Assembly (NCBI GenBank): GCA_018814765.1 | Contig: JAHIZJ010000085.1 | Coordinates: 1-62,560 of the forward strand | Direction of reading: 5' to 3' | Origin: Patescibacteria group bacterium | Lineage (GTDB): Bacteria; Patescibacteriota; Patescibacteriia; JAHIZJ01 | DNA: 62,560 nt | Shown here: in pieces, positions 17,745 through 26,236 of the stretch | Layout of the letters: each line of letters begins with the position of its first letter | Position numbering within the stretch: the first letter of the stretch is position 1 | Made by a program: the position numbers and the translations under genes | Notes under the pieces: generated by a model | Database searches by the model: none | The model's input: only the letters and a program-made list of their open reading frames with translations | Told to the model about the DNA's origin: nothing

Positions 17745-17954
17745 AAAAAGGCCCGGCCAGACAGAGTCTAACCGAGCCGAAGTGGAGAAACGGGAGTCAC
17801 AGAAGGTCATAGAGCTAGGTGTTACGAGGGGTGCCAGGAAACACCCAAGATAGGAAAAAGTCCGCTTGCCAAAGAGCTAATTCCCAATGTAACCACCACG
17901 CTTGACTCATCAGTTATCCTTGTCTCTCCGTGCATCATAGGAGGTTCTATGACA
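17745..17954 (-). ncRNA. Candidate sRNA, array unit 5 (about 210 nt)
   Basis: Promoter TTGACA (17989-17984), N17, TAACAT (17966-17961). 13-bp terminator stem GGCUCGGUUAGAC/GUCUGGCCGGGCC followed by U5. 5' GGAGAGAC is complementary to 3' GUUUCUCC. Confidence 0.7.
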
Positions 17955-18055
17955 AGATTCATGTTACAATTATAGAAGTTGATTGTCAATAATAAAGAAT
18001 TGGCAGGCGAGGATAGTCATAAAAAATGACAGCAGGGAGTGATTTTGGAGCTGTT

Positions 18056-18361
18056 ATGTCAGGTAAAACGTATTATGTTTACATAGTGAGCAATCGGTTA
18101 GTTACGACGCTGTACATTGGTATTACAAATGACTTACTAAGTAGGGTGTATCAGCACAAGACAGGAATGAACAAAGGGTTTAGTAAACGATATAATTTAA
18201 AGTATTTACTCTACTTTGAAGAAACGGATGATGTTGCAACAGCGATTTCTAGGGAGAAGAAGTTAAAGCGCTGGCGTAATAAATGGAAGATAGAGCTAAT
18301 TCAAAAGCAGAACTCGAAGCTCGAAGATTTAGCCAAAGACTGGTATGATGATATTGCATAA
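18056..18361 (+). CDS. Small GIY-YIG (URI-domain, UPF0213-like) nuclease
   Basis: YYVYIVSN..LYIGITNDLLSRVYQHK...REKKLKRW matches the GIY-YIG core. I prefer the start at 18056 (GGAG 5 nt upstream); the ORF track's upstream ATG at 18026 is an alternative. Confidence 0.8.
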   Translation: MSGKTYYVYIVSNRLVTTLYIGITNDLLSRVYQHKTGMNKGFSKRYNLKYLLYFEETDDVATAISREKKLKRWRNKWKIELIQKQNSKLEDLAKDWYDDIA

Positions 18362-18382
18362 GGCGATTAACGTCTCTCTATA

Positions 18383-18463
18383 CTGTCACACCGGACGGCG
18401 ATCCGGTGTCTCCAATTGTATGACCGTGGCTCTTGAGATGCCGGATCAAGTCCGGCATGACAG
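18383..18463. repeat. Inverted hairpin doublet (REPIN-like), copy a
   Basis: CTGTCA-CACCGGA-cggcg-ATCCGGTG-TCTCC, a 25-nt spacer, then GAGA-TGCCGGA-tcaag-TCCGGCA-TGACAG. The two 8-bp hairpins are flanked by mutually inverted GTCA..TCTC / GAGA..TGAC motifs. Confidence 0.75.
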
Positions 18464-18675
18464 TTTTGGGGGGGCTGGTTGGAGGGGAAGTGGAGGATGA
18501 TATCTCTCCATTCACCCCCTGCCCTTTTACGAAAGAGTGGGGGTTCAGTCGAGAAATAATTAAGATATTCCTCGACCTTGTGTAGAGGGGTATAATAAAA
18601 AGTGCTAATTAGATATCTAAAAACATTGGCGGATAAGTGCTTGTCCGCCTGAGTAGCAGTGAACCTCCACCCAAA

Positions 18676-18753
18676 TTGTCACCCTGAATTTATTTCAGGG
18701 TCTCCAAAGCTAAAGTGGTTAATGGAGATGCCGAACTAAATTCGGCATGACAG
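18676..18753. repeat. Inverted hairpin doublet (REPIN-like), copy b
   Basis: TTGTCA-CCCTGAA-tttat-TTCAGGG-TCTCC, a 19-nt spacer, then GAGA-TGCCGAA-ctaaa-TTCGGCA-TGACAG. Same architecture as copy a, with compensatory changes in the stem sequence. Confidence 0.75.
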
Positions 18754-18803
18754 CTTGGGTAGAAAGATAATTAAGCTAATAAATAATAAATGAACAAAAC
18801 ACC

Positions 18804-18968
18804 ATGAATAGTAAATTACAATGTCCAAATTGTGAGAAGAATACCAGTGGTAAGAATTATAACCACGGTAAGCATGAAATTATTTGTGAACACTGTTTAT
18901 TCTCTATTCCAGTAAGAGAAAGAAGTCTAGGTGATGGCAAAGGTGGGGTGATTGAGATTAATTCATAA
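18804..18968 (+). CDS. Small zinc-ribbon protein (54 aa; below the ORF-track cutoff)
   Basis: My own translation is MNSKLQCPNCEKNTSGKNYNHGKHEIICEHCLFSIPVRERSLGDGKGGVIEINS, with two CxxC pairs. Its TAA stop overlaps the next ATG (TAATG). No clear SD. Confidence 0.4.
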   Translation: MNSKLQCPNCEKNTSGKNYNHGKHEIICEHCLFSIPVRERSLGDGKGGVIEINS

Positions 18969-19531
18969 TGATGGATAACCAAAATTGGTATTATGCATTA
19001 AGTGCAATAGCTCAAACTAGCGGAGCGTTATTGGCTCTAGGTGGTGCTTTCATAATATTTAAATTGGACAAAGCATACACAGCGATTCTTAATTACAAAG
19101 ACAGATTAATTAAGATTATTATCCTACCTCATTTTCATGATAGAGAAATAAACTATCTTACTATTCCAAATATAGATATTTATGACAAGGTAAACAATAA
19201 TAAAGTATCTATGTCAGAGAATCCTGTAGTCCATTCTTCGATTACACGGTTTGATAACATGAGTTGTAGCACCAGTCAGCAAGCATTGTATTGGATAGAT
19301 AAACATTTATACTGTTTAGATATAAACATAGATGCGGAAGTGCAAATAAAACGATATTTTAAAATAGTGTTTATTATATTATCTATTATATTTTCAAGTA
19401 ATTTATTTTTTCTAGCTTTTGAGAGATTACCACATTATCTTTATTTAGCCCTTATTATTTTTTCGGTAGCTTTCATGGTTTATAATTCAATAATATTTTG
19501 GAGAATATTAAATATTAAATATTTTACCTAA
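18968..19531 (+). CDS. AT-rich hypothetical membrane protein (3 TM)
   Basis: One TM near the N-terminus and two at the C-terminus. Very low GC. No family recognised. Confidence 0.55.
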   Translation: MMDNQNWYYALSAIAQTSGALLALGGAFIIFKLDKAYTAILNYKDRLIKIIILPHFHDREINYLTIPNIDIYDKVNNNKVSMSENPVVHSSITRFDNMSCSTSQQALYWIDKHLYCLDINIDAEVQIKRYFKIVFIILSIIFSSNLFFLAFERLPHYLYLALIIFSVAFMVYNSIIFWRILNIKYFT

Positions 19532-19535
19532 TTTT

Positions 19536-19850
19536 ATGCAAAACCAACCACAACCAAACCCAAATCAGCAGGGTAAGCAGATTCAGATCAAGGTATCTGA
19601 TGATGTAATGAAAGGCACTTACGCGAATGCCATGTCTATTGTTCATTCCAAAGAGGAATTCACCTTGGACTTTATGAACATCTATCCCCATCAAGGGGCC
19701 GGCATCGTCGGTGCTAGGATTATCACTTCACCCGGACACATGAAGCGCATTATCACAGCCCTACAGGACAATCTCAAGAAATATGAGAACCAGCATGGTA
19801 AGATTGAAGAAGCCAAAGCACCGGATCCAATCGGCTTTAAAACTGCCTAG
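19536..19850 (+). CDS. DUF3467-like small protein
   Basis: GTYANAMSIVHSKEEFTLDFMN resembles the DUF3467 core as I recall it; 104 aa. Confidence 0.55.
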   Translation: MQNQPQPNPNQQGKQIQIKVSDDVMKGTYANAMSIVHSKEEFTLDFMNIYPHQGAGIVGARIITSPGHMKRIITALQDNLKKYENQHGKIEEAKAPDPIGFKTA

Positions 19851-19874
19851 GAATAATTCATTTTTCAAACATCT

Positions 19875-21002
19875 ATGAAACAAAAAGAGATCATCAAGCT
19901 TAGTAGTTTAGCTGTACTGCCCGTTGTAACATTGATTATAGGCTGGATATTTTTGAATCAGTCATTTCAACAGCTTCAGTTTGAGCTGGCCTTACCGAAT
20001 TTTGGTACTTTGTGGAGCTTTATAGCCAGTTTACTCTTTTTGTTTTTGGGAATTGCCAGCTATGGAGTATTAGCCGCGTTGGAGCCCAAGTTTAGGATAT
20101 CCCAAGCTCTGAGCTATATATTACCGTTTACCATGTTAGTCGTTTTAGGCTTTAATGTTTATACGATGATTGGTGCGGTACTATTTGCGATTGGTTTAAT
20201 GCAGTTTTCGCTAAAAGTTCAGGAAGAAAGAAATGAGAGGCTGAAAGTGTCGATTAACAAATACATGAGATATGGTTTGGGCCTAGCTATAAGCTCAATA
20301 CTTTTAACCATATCAATCAGTTTTTATGGTACTGCTGTAGCCAGAGGTACGGAAGACATGGATCCCATAGATGTCCTATCTCGTGTTGCCTCAAATGGTG
20401 TTAACCAAGCATTAACTATCCAAGTGCCCGGCTATGATCCGAATATGTCTCTGGATGAATTTATGTTACTATTATTTGCCACTAAGGTTGAAGTAGCTGG
20501 TGCAGCTGAAAATAATGATTATCGTAGTGAAGCCTTTTTTGGAGTGAACGTGTCAGATCTGGTTGGTGATGCGGAGGGTGTTTCAATAGAAGACCTGCAG
20601 GGATTACTACCTCCCGATTTTGAGCAACAGGTAAAGAAAGACCCGGAATATATTACTGAGTTTTATCAGCAGATACAACATGAATTAGTTATCACGCAAT
20701 TAGCCGAAGCGCGTGATAAAATGCTAGACTCATTGGATATCGAAGCTGAGGGCACAGATCCGGTTGGTAGTGTAGTGGAAGAAGCTCTAAATTATCAGCT
20801 GGAAGGTATTTTTGCGCCATTCAAGTATGTTATTCCACCTATACTGGCTTTGACGTTATACTTTGCACTACAGATACTAGGGTTTTTATATGGTTGGGTT
20901 ACACGACTATTTGCCATAATAATGTTTGGAATATTGAAGATGACAAAGTTTTTCAAGATTGAAGATGAAGTCAAAAAGACTGAGATAATAAAATTGAATT
21001 GA
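19875..21002 (+). CDS. Hypothetical polytopic membrane protein
   Basis: About 4 N-terminal TM segments, an acidic central domain and 2 C-terminal TM segments. No family recognised. Confidence 0.6.
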   Translation: MKQKEIIKLSSLAVLPVVTLIIGWIFLNQSFQQLQFELALPNFGTLWSFIASLLFLFLGIASYGVLAALEPKFRISQALSYILPFTMLVVLGFNVYTMIGAVLFAIGLMQFSLKVQEERNERLKVSINKYMRYGLGLAISSILLTISISFYGTAVARGTEDMDPIDVLSRVASNGVNQALTIQVPGYDPNMSLDEFMLLLFATKVEVAGAAENNDYRSEAFFGVNVSDLVGDAEGVSIEDLQGLLPPDFEQQVKKDPEYITEFYQQIQHELVITQLAEARDKMLDSLDIEAEGTDPVGSVVEEALNYQLEGIFAPFKYVIPPILALTLYFALQILGFLYGWVTRLFAIIMFGILKMTKFFKIEDEVKKTEIIKLN

Positions 21003-21005
21003 AAG

Positions 21006-22100
21006 ATGTCAAAAGATTATTATGAAATATTAGGGGTTTCTCGTGACGTATCGGATGCGGAGCTTAAATCTGCCTTTAGAAAGTTGGCTCATCAGCATCA
21101 CCCGGATAAAAAAGGTGGCGATGAGGCAAAATTCAAAGAGATCAATGAAGCCTATCAGGTGTTGTCCAATAAGGATAAGCGAGCTCAATATGATCAGTTT
21201 GGTCAGAACTTTGATGGTTCACAAGGCATTAACTGGCAGGACTTTGCTCGGCAAACTGGTGGTTCAAACGGTTTTCGCACTAATATAAATTATGAGGATA
21301 TGGGTTTTGGTGATTTAGGAGATATGGTTGGAGATTTGTTTGGCATGGGGCGACGCCGAAGCCAACGCGGTCAGCACGGTAATGATGTTCAGGTCGAATT
21401 ACCCCTAGAGTTCCGTGAAGCGGTCTTTGGTGTCACAAAACCAATGAATTTGTATAAAACCATTAAGTGTCCCAGCTGTTCAGGAAATGGAGCAGAGCCT
21501 GGTACAAAGATAGAAACATGTTCAGCCTGTAGTGGCACAGGACAAGTCCAGCGAATACAGAATACGATTTTAGGTCAGATGAGAACGATGGGAGTTTGCT
21601 CTGATTGTAACGGTGAAGGAAAGAAAGTCAGTCAAAAGTGTAAAAAGTGTAAGGGTCAGGGCACCGTTAAGGATTATGATGATTTGGATGTGAAAATACC
21701 GGCCGGAATTGCCGATGGTCAGACAATACGTATAATGGGCCGTGGAGAAGCGGGCAGTCAGGGTGGTTCAGCTGGAGATTTATATATACGAGTAAAAGTA
21801 AAAGAAGATCCTGAGTTTAAACGAGAGGGCGATGATATAATCCTAGATATTGAAATACCCTATAGCGTGGCTGTGTTAGGCGGAAAAGCTGATATTAATA
21901 CTTTAGATGGCAGTGTCAAACTAAAAATACCCTCCGGTACTCCTTCGGGTAAGGTGTTTAAAATACGTGACAGGGGAATTCCGCATTTGAAGGCTGGGGG
22001 ACGAGGCGATCAGCTGGTAACCGTGAAGGTAAAAGTTCCTTCTAAGCCCTCAAAAAAGATAAAGAAGATATTGGAAGAATTAGCGGACGAAGGAGAATAA
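21006..22100 (+). CDS. dnaJ: Co-chaperone DnaJ
   Basis: J domain with HPD (HHPDKKGG), a G/F region and four CxxCxGxG zinc-finger repeats. Confidence 0.95.
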   Translation: MSKDYYEILGVSRDVSDAELKSAFRKLAHQHHPDKKGGDEAKFKEINEAYQVLSNKDKRAQYDQFGQNFDGSQGINWQDFARQTGGSNGFRTNINYEDMGFGDLGDMVGDLFGMGRRRSQRGQHGNDVQVELPLEFREAVFGVTKPMNLYKTIKCPSCSGNGAEPGTKIETCSACSGTGQVQRIQNTILGQMRTMGVCSDCNGEGKKVSQKCKKCKGQGTVKDYDDLDVKIPAGIADGQTIRIMGRGEAGSQGGSAGDLYIRVKVKEDPEFKREGDDIILDIEIPYSVAVLGGKADINTLDGSVKLKIPSGTPSGKVFKIRDRGIPHLKAGGRGDQLVTVKVKVPSKPSKKIKKILEELADEGE

Positions 22101-22174
22101 TAAACAATTTTCAATAGGTGGAAATGATTTATTTCAACATTTAACGAAATGTTGAACTATGTTAACCTCAGCCC

Positions 22175-22204
22175 TTGACAAATATTGAATAATCTATCTA
22201 TAAT
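22175..22204 (+). promoter_or_regulatory. Promoter giving a probable leaderless mRNA for 22211 gene
   Basis: TTGACA (22175-22180), 18-nt spacer, TATAAT (22199-22204). The ATG at 22211 lies 7 nt after the -10. Confidence 0.5.
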
Positions 22205-22210
22205 GTATTG

Positions 22211-22663
22211 ATGGCTAAATCAACAGCTAAAACTAAGCAACAGAACTGGTATCAACGCTGGAAGAAGTTTCCTTATCACGGTCAGGTTCACTGGCTTGGT
22301 GTTGTATTTATGGCTTGGGTTGTCGGATTAGTCTTTTTAGGAAACTATTCCAATGACATACAAGATACCAATACTCAGTCAGCCCAGGTTTTTGGAGTTA
22401 GAGCTAAACGAAATATTGTGCCATTTGCTGTTGAGCCAACAAACACAAATACTGGAATAGTTATGGGAGAGACAACGGGACCCCCGACATCTCCATCAGT
22501 TTTGGAACAGCAGGGGATTGAAGCAAACCGCAACTCTATCAATAGTAAGCAGGAGCCCAATATGGAGGAGGGCGAGGTCTTAGGCACGACTACTGAGGAA
22601 GTATTATCACCCTCTCAGTTGGAGAAGCTTGGCATCGAACGTGCTAAGACAATAAACAAATAA
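22211..22663 (+). CDS. Hypothetical membrane-anchored protein
   Basis: Basic N-terminus, one TM segment (HWLGVVFMAWVVGLVFLG) and a low-complexity exterior domain. The ORF-track start at 22208 is TTG; the adjacent ATG is preferred. Confidence 0.55.
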   Translation: MAKSTAKTKQQNWYQRWKKFPYHGQVHWLGVVFMAWVVGLVFLGNYSNDIQDTNTQSAQVFGVRAKRNIVPFAVEPTNTNTGIVMGETTGPPTSPSVLEQQGIEANRNSINSKQEPNMEEGEVLGTTTEEVLSPSQLEKLGIERAKTINK

Positions 22664-22769
22664 TCAAACACTTATCTATAAATAGAGGACTATGGTCATT
22701 TGCTCCTTTTTTGTTTTTGTGCTATAATAAACATGATTAGTTAAAAGTAGTCAAATAACAAAATAAACA

Positions 22770-23339
22770 ATGTTTTTAGCTGCTACAGCGGGTATTGAGA
22801 ACTCGTTTATCGCAAATATCGACTGGTCGCAACCAACCTGGGACCTTTTTATTATCCTTTTCTTTGTTATTGCTTCTTTCCTATATGGGATTTCACTGGG
22901 ACGTGATCGGATTCTGGTGATCTTGGTAAGTATTTATATGGCTTTAGCGGTTGTAAATACAGCTCCATATATTGGTGATATGTCCACTACTGAAGTTGGT
23001 GTAAATCAATTCTTTGTAGTGAGAATCTCATTGTTCTTGGGAGTGTTTATTCTCTTGTTTTTCCTGTTATCTCGTTCAGCTCTGCTTCAGACAATTGCCT
23101 CAAACTCTGAAAAAAGAGGGAATTTCTGGCAGATAATGATTTTTAGCATCCTTCATGTTGGTTTATTGATAAGTATTACATTGTCATTTCTACCGGATAC
23201 TTCGAGTGAGTCGCTTTCACCGTTGACTCAGACTATTTTTACCAGTGAGCTGGGTCGTTTCTTATGGATCGTTGTGCCGATTATATTAATGATAATGTTT
23301 AAAGGTTCTAACGATAAGAAATTCAAATATGATGTTTAA
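22770..23339 (+). CDS. Hypothetical polytopic membrane protein
   Basis: Five or six hydrophobic helices. No family recognised. Confidence 0.6.
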   Translation: MFLAATAGIENSFIANIDWSQPTWDLFIILFFVIASFLYGISLGRDRILVILVSIYMALAVVNTAPYIGDMSTTEVGVNQFFVVRISLFLGVFILLFFLLSRSALLQTIASNSEKRGNFWQIMIFSILHVGLLISITLSFLPDTSSESLSPLTQTIFTSELGRFLWIVVPIILMIMFKGSNDKKFKYDV

Positions 23340-23395
23340 AGGATAGTTGATTGTAGGACTATAAGTAATTAACCTATTAGTTAAAAGGTTAATAC

Positions 23396-23425
23396 AAAAA
23401 GACACTCAGAGGCGAGGTCTTTTTT
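23396..23425. terminator. Bidirectional terminator between convergent genes
   Basis: An A5 run, the hairpin GAC(A)CTC-agaggc-GAGGTC (23401-23419), then a T6 run. Confidence 0.6.
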
Positions 23426-23434
23426 GTTGAGTTA

Positions 23435-23734
23435 CTATCTCTCAGTGTCTGTTGAATGATCAAGATATACTTTATCTGTCAGTAGTAGTCGTTCTACTGC
23501 ATCACGTATTCCGTATGTTCTTGGAATAGTATTTATTGCTCTTTGCCTAGTGCGTACAAGCTCAATTTTTTGAATAATCTGATCAGCCGTATATAATTTT
23601 TTTGAACCAGCTATTTCCCCTTTGGATCTGATAAGGTCATAAAGCTCTTCAAGTGAGGTGACTTTCTCAGCTCCTATAGATTCACTTTCCATAGATTCTG
23701 ATGGGACTGGTTGTTCTCGTGGTGTTTCGTTCAT
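23435..23734 (-). CDS. Hypothetical protein (99 aa) downstream of cysS
   Basis: ATG start 12 nt after the cysS stop. Acidic N-terminus. No family recognised. Confidence 0.5.
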   Translation of the reverse strand: MNETPREQPVPSESMESESIGAEKVTSLEELYDLIRSKGEIAGSKKLYTADQIIQKIELVRTRQRAINTIPRTYGIRDAVERLLLTDKVYLDHSTDTER

Positions 23735-23745
23735 AAAAAAAGTTA

Positions 23746-25119
23746 TTAATACTTTTTAATAATTGTATCTTTTTTAGAATCTTCCACTTTATAGTTTAGT
23801 TTTTCAAGTTCTCCTCTCAATTTGTCTGCCAAAGCCCAATCCTTATTTTGGCGGGCTTGTTCACGTTGCTTGATAATTTCTTGTACGTTTTTTGGTACTG
23901 CTTGATCTTTTTTTGATGTTCTAAGGCCCAACCCCAATACCTGATCGAATTTTTGTAGTGTACCTTGTATTGCAGGGGCTGGTTCTTTTGATTTGATTAG
24001 ATCCCAAACGATAGCTAGGGCCTGTGGAGTATTTAGATCATCATTGATAGCTTCGATAAAGCGTTTTTCATACTGTGGACAGCTACCTTTAGCCGGACCA
24101 AGTCTATATACACGTTCACGGAGTTTATCCAGAGCAACCTGTGCTGCGGTTAAGGCTTTCCAGGAAAAGTTAATTCTTGATCGGTAGTGAGCCATAAGCA
24201 GCATATAGCGGAATGCCAACGGACTATACTTTTTTTCTTTCAACGTATCCAGTGTAATGAAATTTTCTTTTGATTTACTCATACGGTCATCACGGATAAG
24301 TAAAAATTCACCATGCACCCAAAACCTAACAAATTGCTGACCGGTAGCTGCTTCTGATTGAGCAATTTCATTTGTATGGTGCACGGGAAGGTGGTCTATG
24401 CCTCCAGCGTGGATATCGATTGTATTACCCAGATGTTTCATGCTCATAGCTGAACACTCTATATGCCATCCGGGGAAGCCGATACCCCAGGGTGAATCCC
24501 ATTCCATCTGCCTTTTCTTACCTTTTGGTGAAAACTTCCAGAGAGCAAAATCAGTAATATTTTTCTTCTCTTTGTTTTCCTGGACCCGTGCGCCTTCTTT
24601 GAGTCCTTGGATATCCAGTTTTGCTAAAATCTCATAGCCTTTGAATTTCGAACTGTCGAAGTATATGCCATCGGACGTTTTGTAGGTGTAGCCATTTTTC
24701 TCTAACTTTGTAACTAAGTCAATTTGTTCTTTGATGTGCTCTGAGGCTTTTGGCCAGAGATCGGGGGGCAGTATATTGAGATCTTTTAAATTCTTTTTAA
24801 ACTCATTAGTATAATAATCAGCAATCTCTTTAGCTGTTTTACCTTCGCGCTTAGCTCCCAGCTCCACCTTGTCATCGCCTTCATCCGCGTCAGATGTAAG
24901 ATGTCCAACATCGGTGATATTCATTACATGCTTTACTTTAAGATTGTTAAATAATAAAACACGTTTTAAAATATCCTCAAAAATGTAAGTCCTAAGATTG
25001 CCGATATGAGCATAATTATAAACAGTCGGCCCACAAGCATAATAACTTACCGATGTTTTATTCAACGGATTGAACTCTTCTTTTTTTCGAGTAAGTGTAT
25101 TGTAAATTTCTAGTTTCAT
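23746..25119 (-). CDS. cysS: Cysteinyl-tRNA synthetase
   Basis: HIGH-type motif (AHIGNLRT), KMSKS-type motif (RMSKSK), the zinc-binding CGPTVY context and a WHIECS motif. Confidence 0.95.
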   Translation of the reverse strand: MKLEIYNTLTRKKEEFNPLNKTSVSYYACGPTVYNYAHIGNLRTYIFEDILKRVLLFNNLKVKHVMNITDVGHLTSDADEGDDKVELGAKREGKTAKEIADYYTNEFKKNLKDLNILPPDLWPKASEHIKEQIDLVTKLEKNGYTYKTSDGIYFDSSKFKGYEILAKLDIQGLKEGARVQENKEKKNITDFALWKFSPKGKKRQMEWDSPWGIGFPGWHIECSAMSMKHLGNTIDIHAGGIDHLPVHHTNEIAQSEAATGQQFVRFWVHGEFLLIRDDRMSKSKENFITLDTLKEKKYSPLAFRYMLLMAHYRSRINFSWKALTAAQVALDKLRERVYRLGPAKGSCPQYEKRFIEAINDDLNTPQALAIVWDLIKSKEPAPAIQGTLQKFDQVLGLGLRTSKKDQAVPKNVQEIIKQREQARQNKDWALADKLRGELEKLNYKVEDSKKDTIIKKY

Positions 25120-25150
25120 AACACATGTAGTGTATCAGTTTTTGAGCAAT

Positions 25151-25182
25151 AAAAAAAGAGCTTATTGCAAGCTCTTTTTTTT
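25151..25182 (-). terminator. Terminator after the Clp-like ATPase gene (bidirectional geometry)
   Basis: An A7 run, the stem AGAGCTT/AAGCTCT with a 5-nt loop, then a T8 run. Confidence 0.7.
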
Positions 25183-25197
25183 CATCGTACTGTATAT

Positions 25198-26232
25198 TTA
25201 TTCCTGTTTTGATTGGTTGTGTTCTGTCTTAGTTTTACAGTCACCTTGCTCATTATTCTTAAGTTTCAGCTTATAGGCATCAACTGCATCAGAGTCGTCC
25301 TTCCACTCTGCAACTACATTACGAATATCCTCTTTAGTCACTTGAGGATAAAGCCCTCCCTTGTACTTATCGGGGTTGCTAATTGATTCTAGGCGCACTT
25401 TTGCAGCCGCCTCGTCAATAATATCTATGGCCTTATCGGGGAAGGTTCTGGTTGGCATGGTATGTTTAGCCAATTCTACCGCAATATCAATCGCTTCGTT
25501 TGTAATGCCAACTTGATGATGCTGTTCGTAACGATAGCGGATGCCTTTTAGTATATCGATGGTTTGTTGGGCGGTTGCTTCGTCGACATGTACGGGCTGG
25601 AAACGCCTTTCTAGTGTTTGGTCGTGTTCAATATATTTATTGTAATCTTCATGGGTAGAGGCTCCGACCACCTGGAGATCACCGCGAGCTAAGGCCGGCT
25701 TGAGAATATCAGCTGCGTTTATTGCTCCTGTGGCCTCACCTGCCTCCGCTAAAGTATGAAGCTCATCAATGAAAAGTATAATGTTCCTTTTTGATGAGAT
25801 GATTTCATCAAGTATTCCCTTTAAACGTTTTTCAAACTCACCACGATATTTTGTACCTGCTACCAAGCCGGACAAATCCAGCTGTAAAACCCTTTTATTA
25901 ACTATGGGCTGAGGAACATTTCCCGTGGCTACCGCATGGGCTAGTTCTTCTACGATAGCAGTTTTTCCTACCCCTGATTCACCGATTAATACCGGGTTGT
26001 TTTTTGTCCTACGCGAAAGAATTTGAATAACTCGCTGGATTTCATGCTTACGTCCAATGACAGGATCAAGCTTGTCTTCTAGTGCCAGCTGGGTTAGATC
26101 CCGAGCATATAAATTCAATAATGGAGTTTTTGATCTGATCATCCCCGAAGGCCAGCTGGGTCTTTTTACATTTAACCATACCGTAATACCGGCTAGAACA
26201 ATAAATATAAAAATATATATGTAATACGGCAT
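25198..26232 (-). CDS. Membrane-anchored single-module AAA+ ATPase related to ClpA/ClpB D1
   Basis: N-terminal TM segment ([18 protein letters not shown]) followed directly by the Clp D1 signature [40 protein letters not shown], Walker [10 protein letters not shown] and RRFQPV. No N-domain, M-domain or D2 is present. Confidence 0.75.
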   Translation of the reverse strand: MPYYIYIFIFIVLAGITVWLNVKRPSWPSGMIRSKTPLLNLYARDLTQLALEDKLDPVIGRKHEIQRVIQILSRRTKNNPVLIGESGVGKTAIVEELAHAVATGNVPQPIVNKRVLQLDLSGLVAGTKYRGEFEKRLKGILDEIISSKRNIILFIDELHTLAEAGEATGAINAADILKPALARGDLQVVGASTHEDYNKYIEHDQTLERRFQPVHVDEATAQQTIDILKGIRYRYEQHHQVGITNEAIDIAVELAKHTMPTRTFPDKAIDIIDEAAAKVRLESISNPDKYKGGLYPQVTKEDIRNVVAEWKDDSDAVDAYKLKLKNNEQGDCKTKTEHNQSKQE

Positions 26233-26236
26233 ATAG

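Noticed and set aside
17906-17913. CUGAUGAG (hammerhead core box) in sRNA unit 5.
   Set aside because: It is present in only one of the five paralogues. I could not find the accompanying GAAA box, helix II/III geometry or cleavage-site triplet. An 8-mer match is expected by chance.
22133-22156. 10-bp AT-rich hairpin TTCAACATTT-aacg-AAATGTTGAA after dnaJ as a terminator.
   Set aside because: No U-run follows on either strand and the stem is entirely A/T-rich apart from two C:G pairs. It may still be functional, but the evidence is too weak to annotate.
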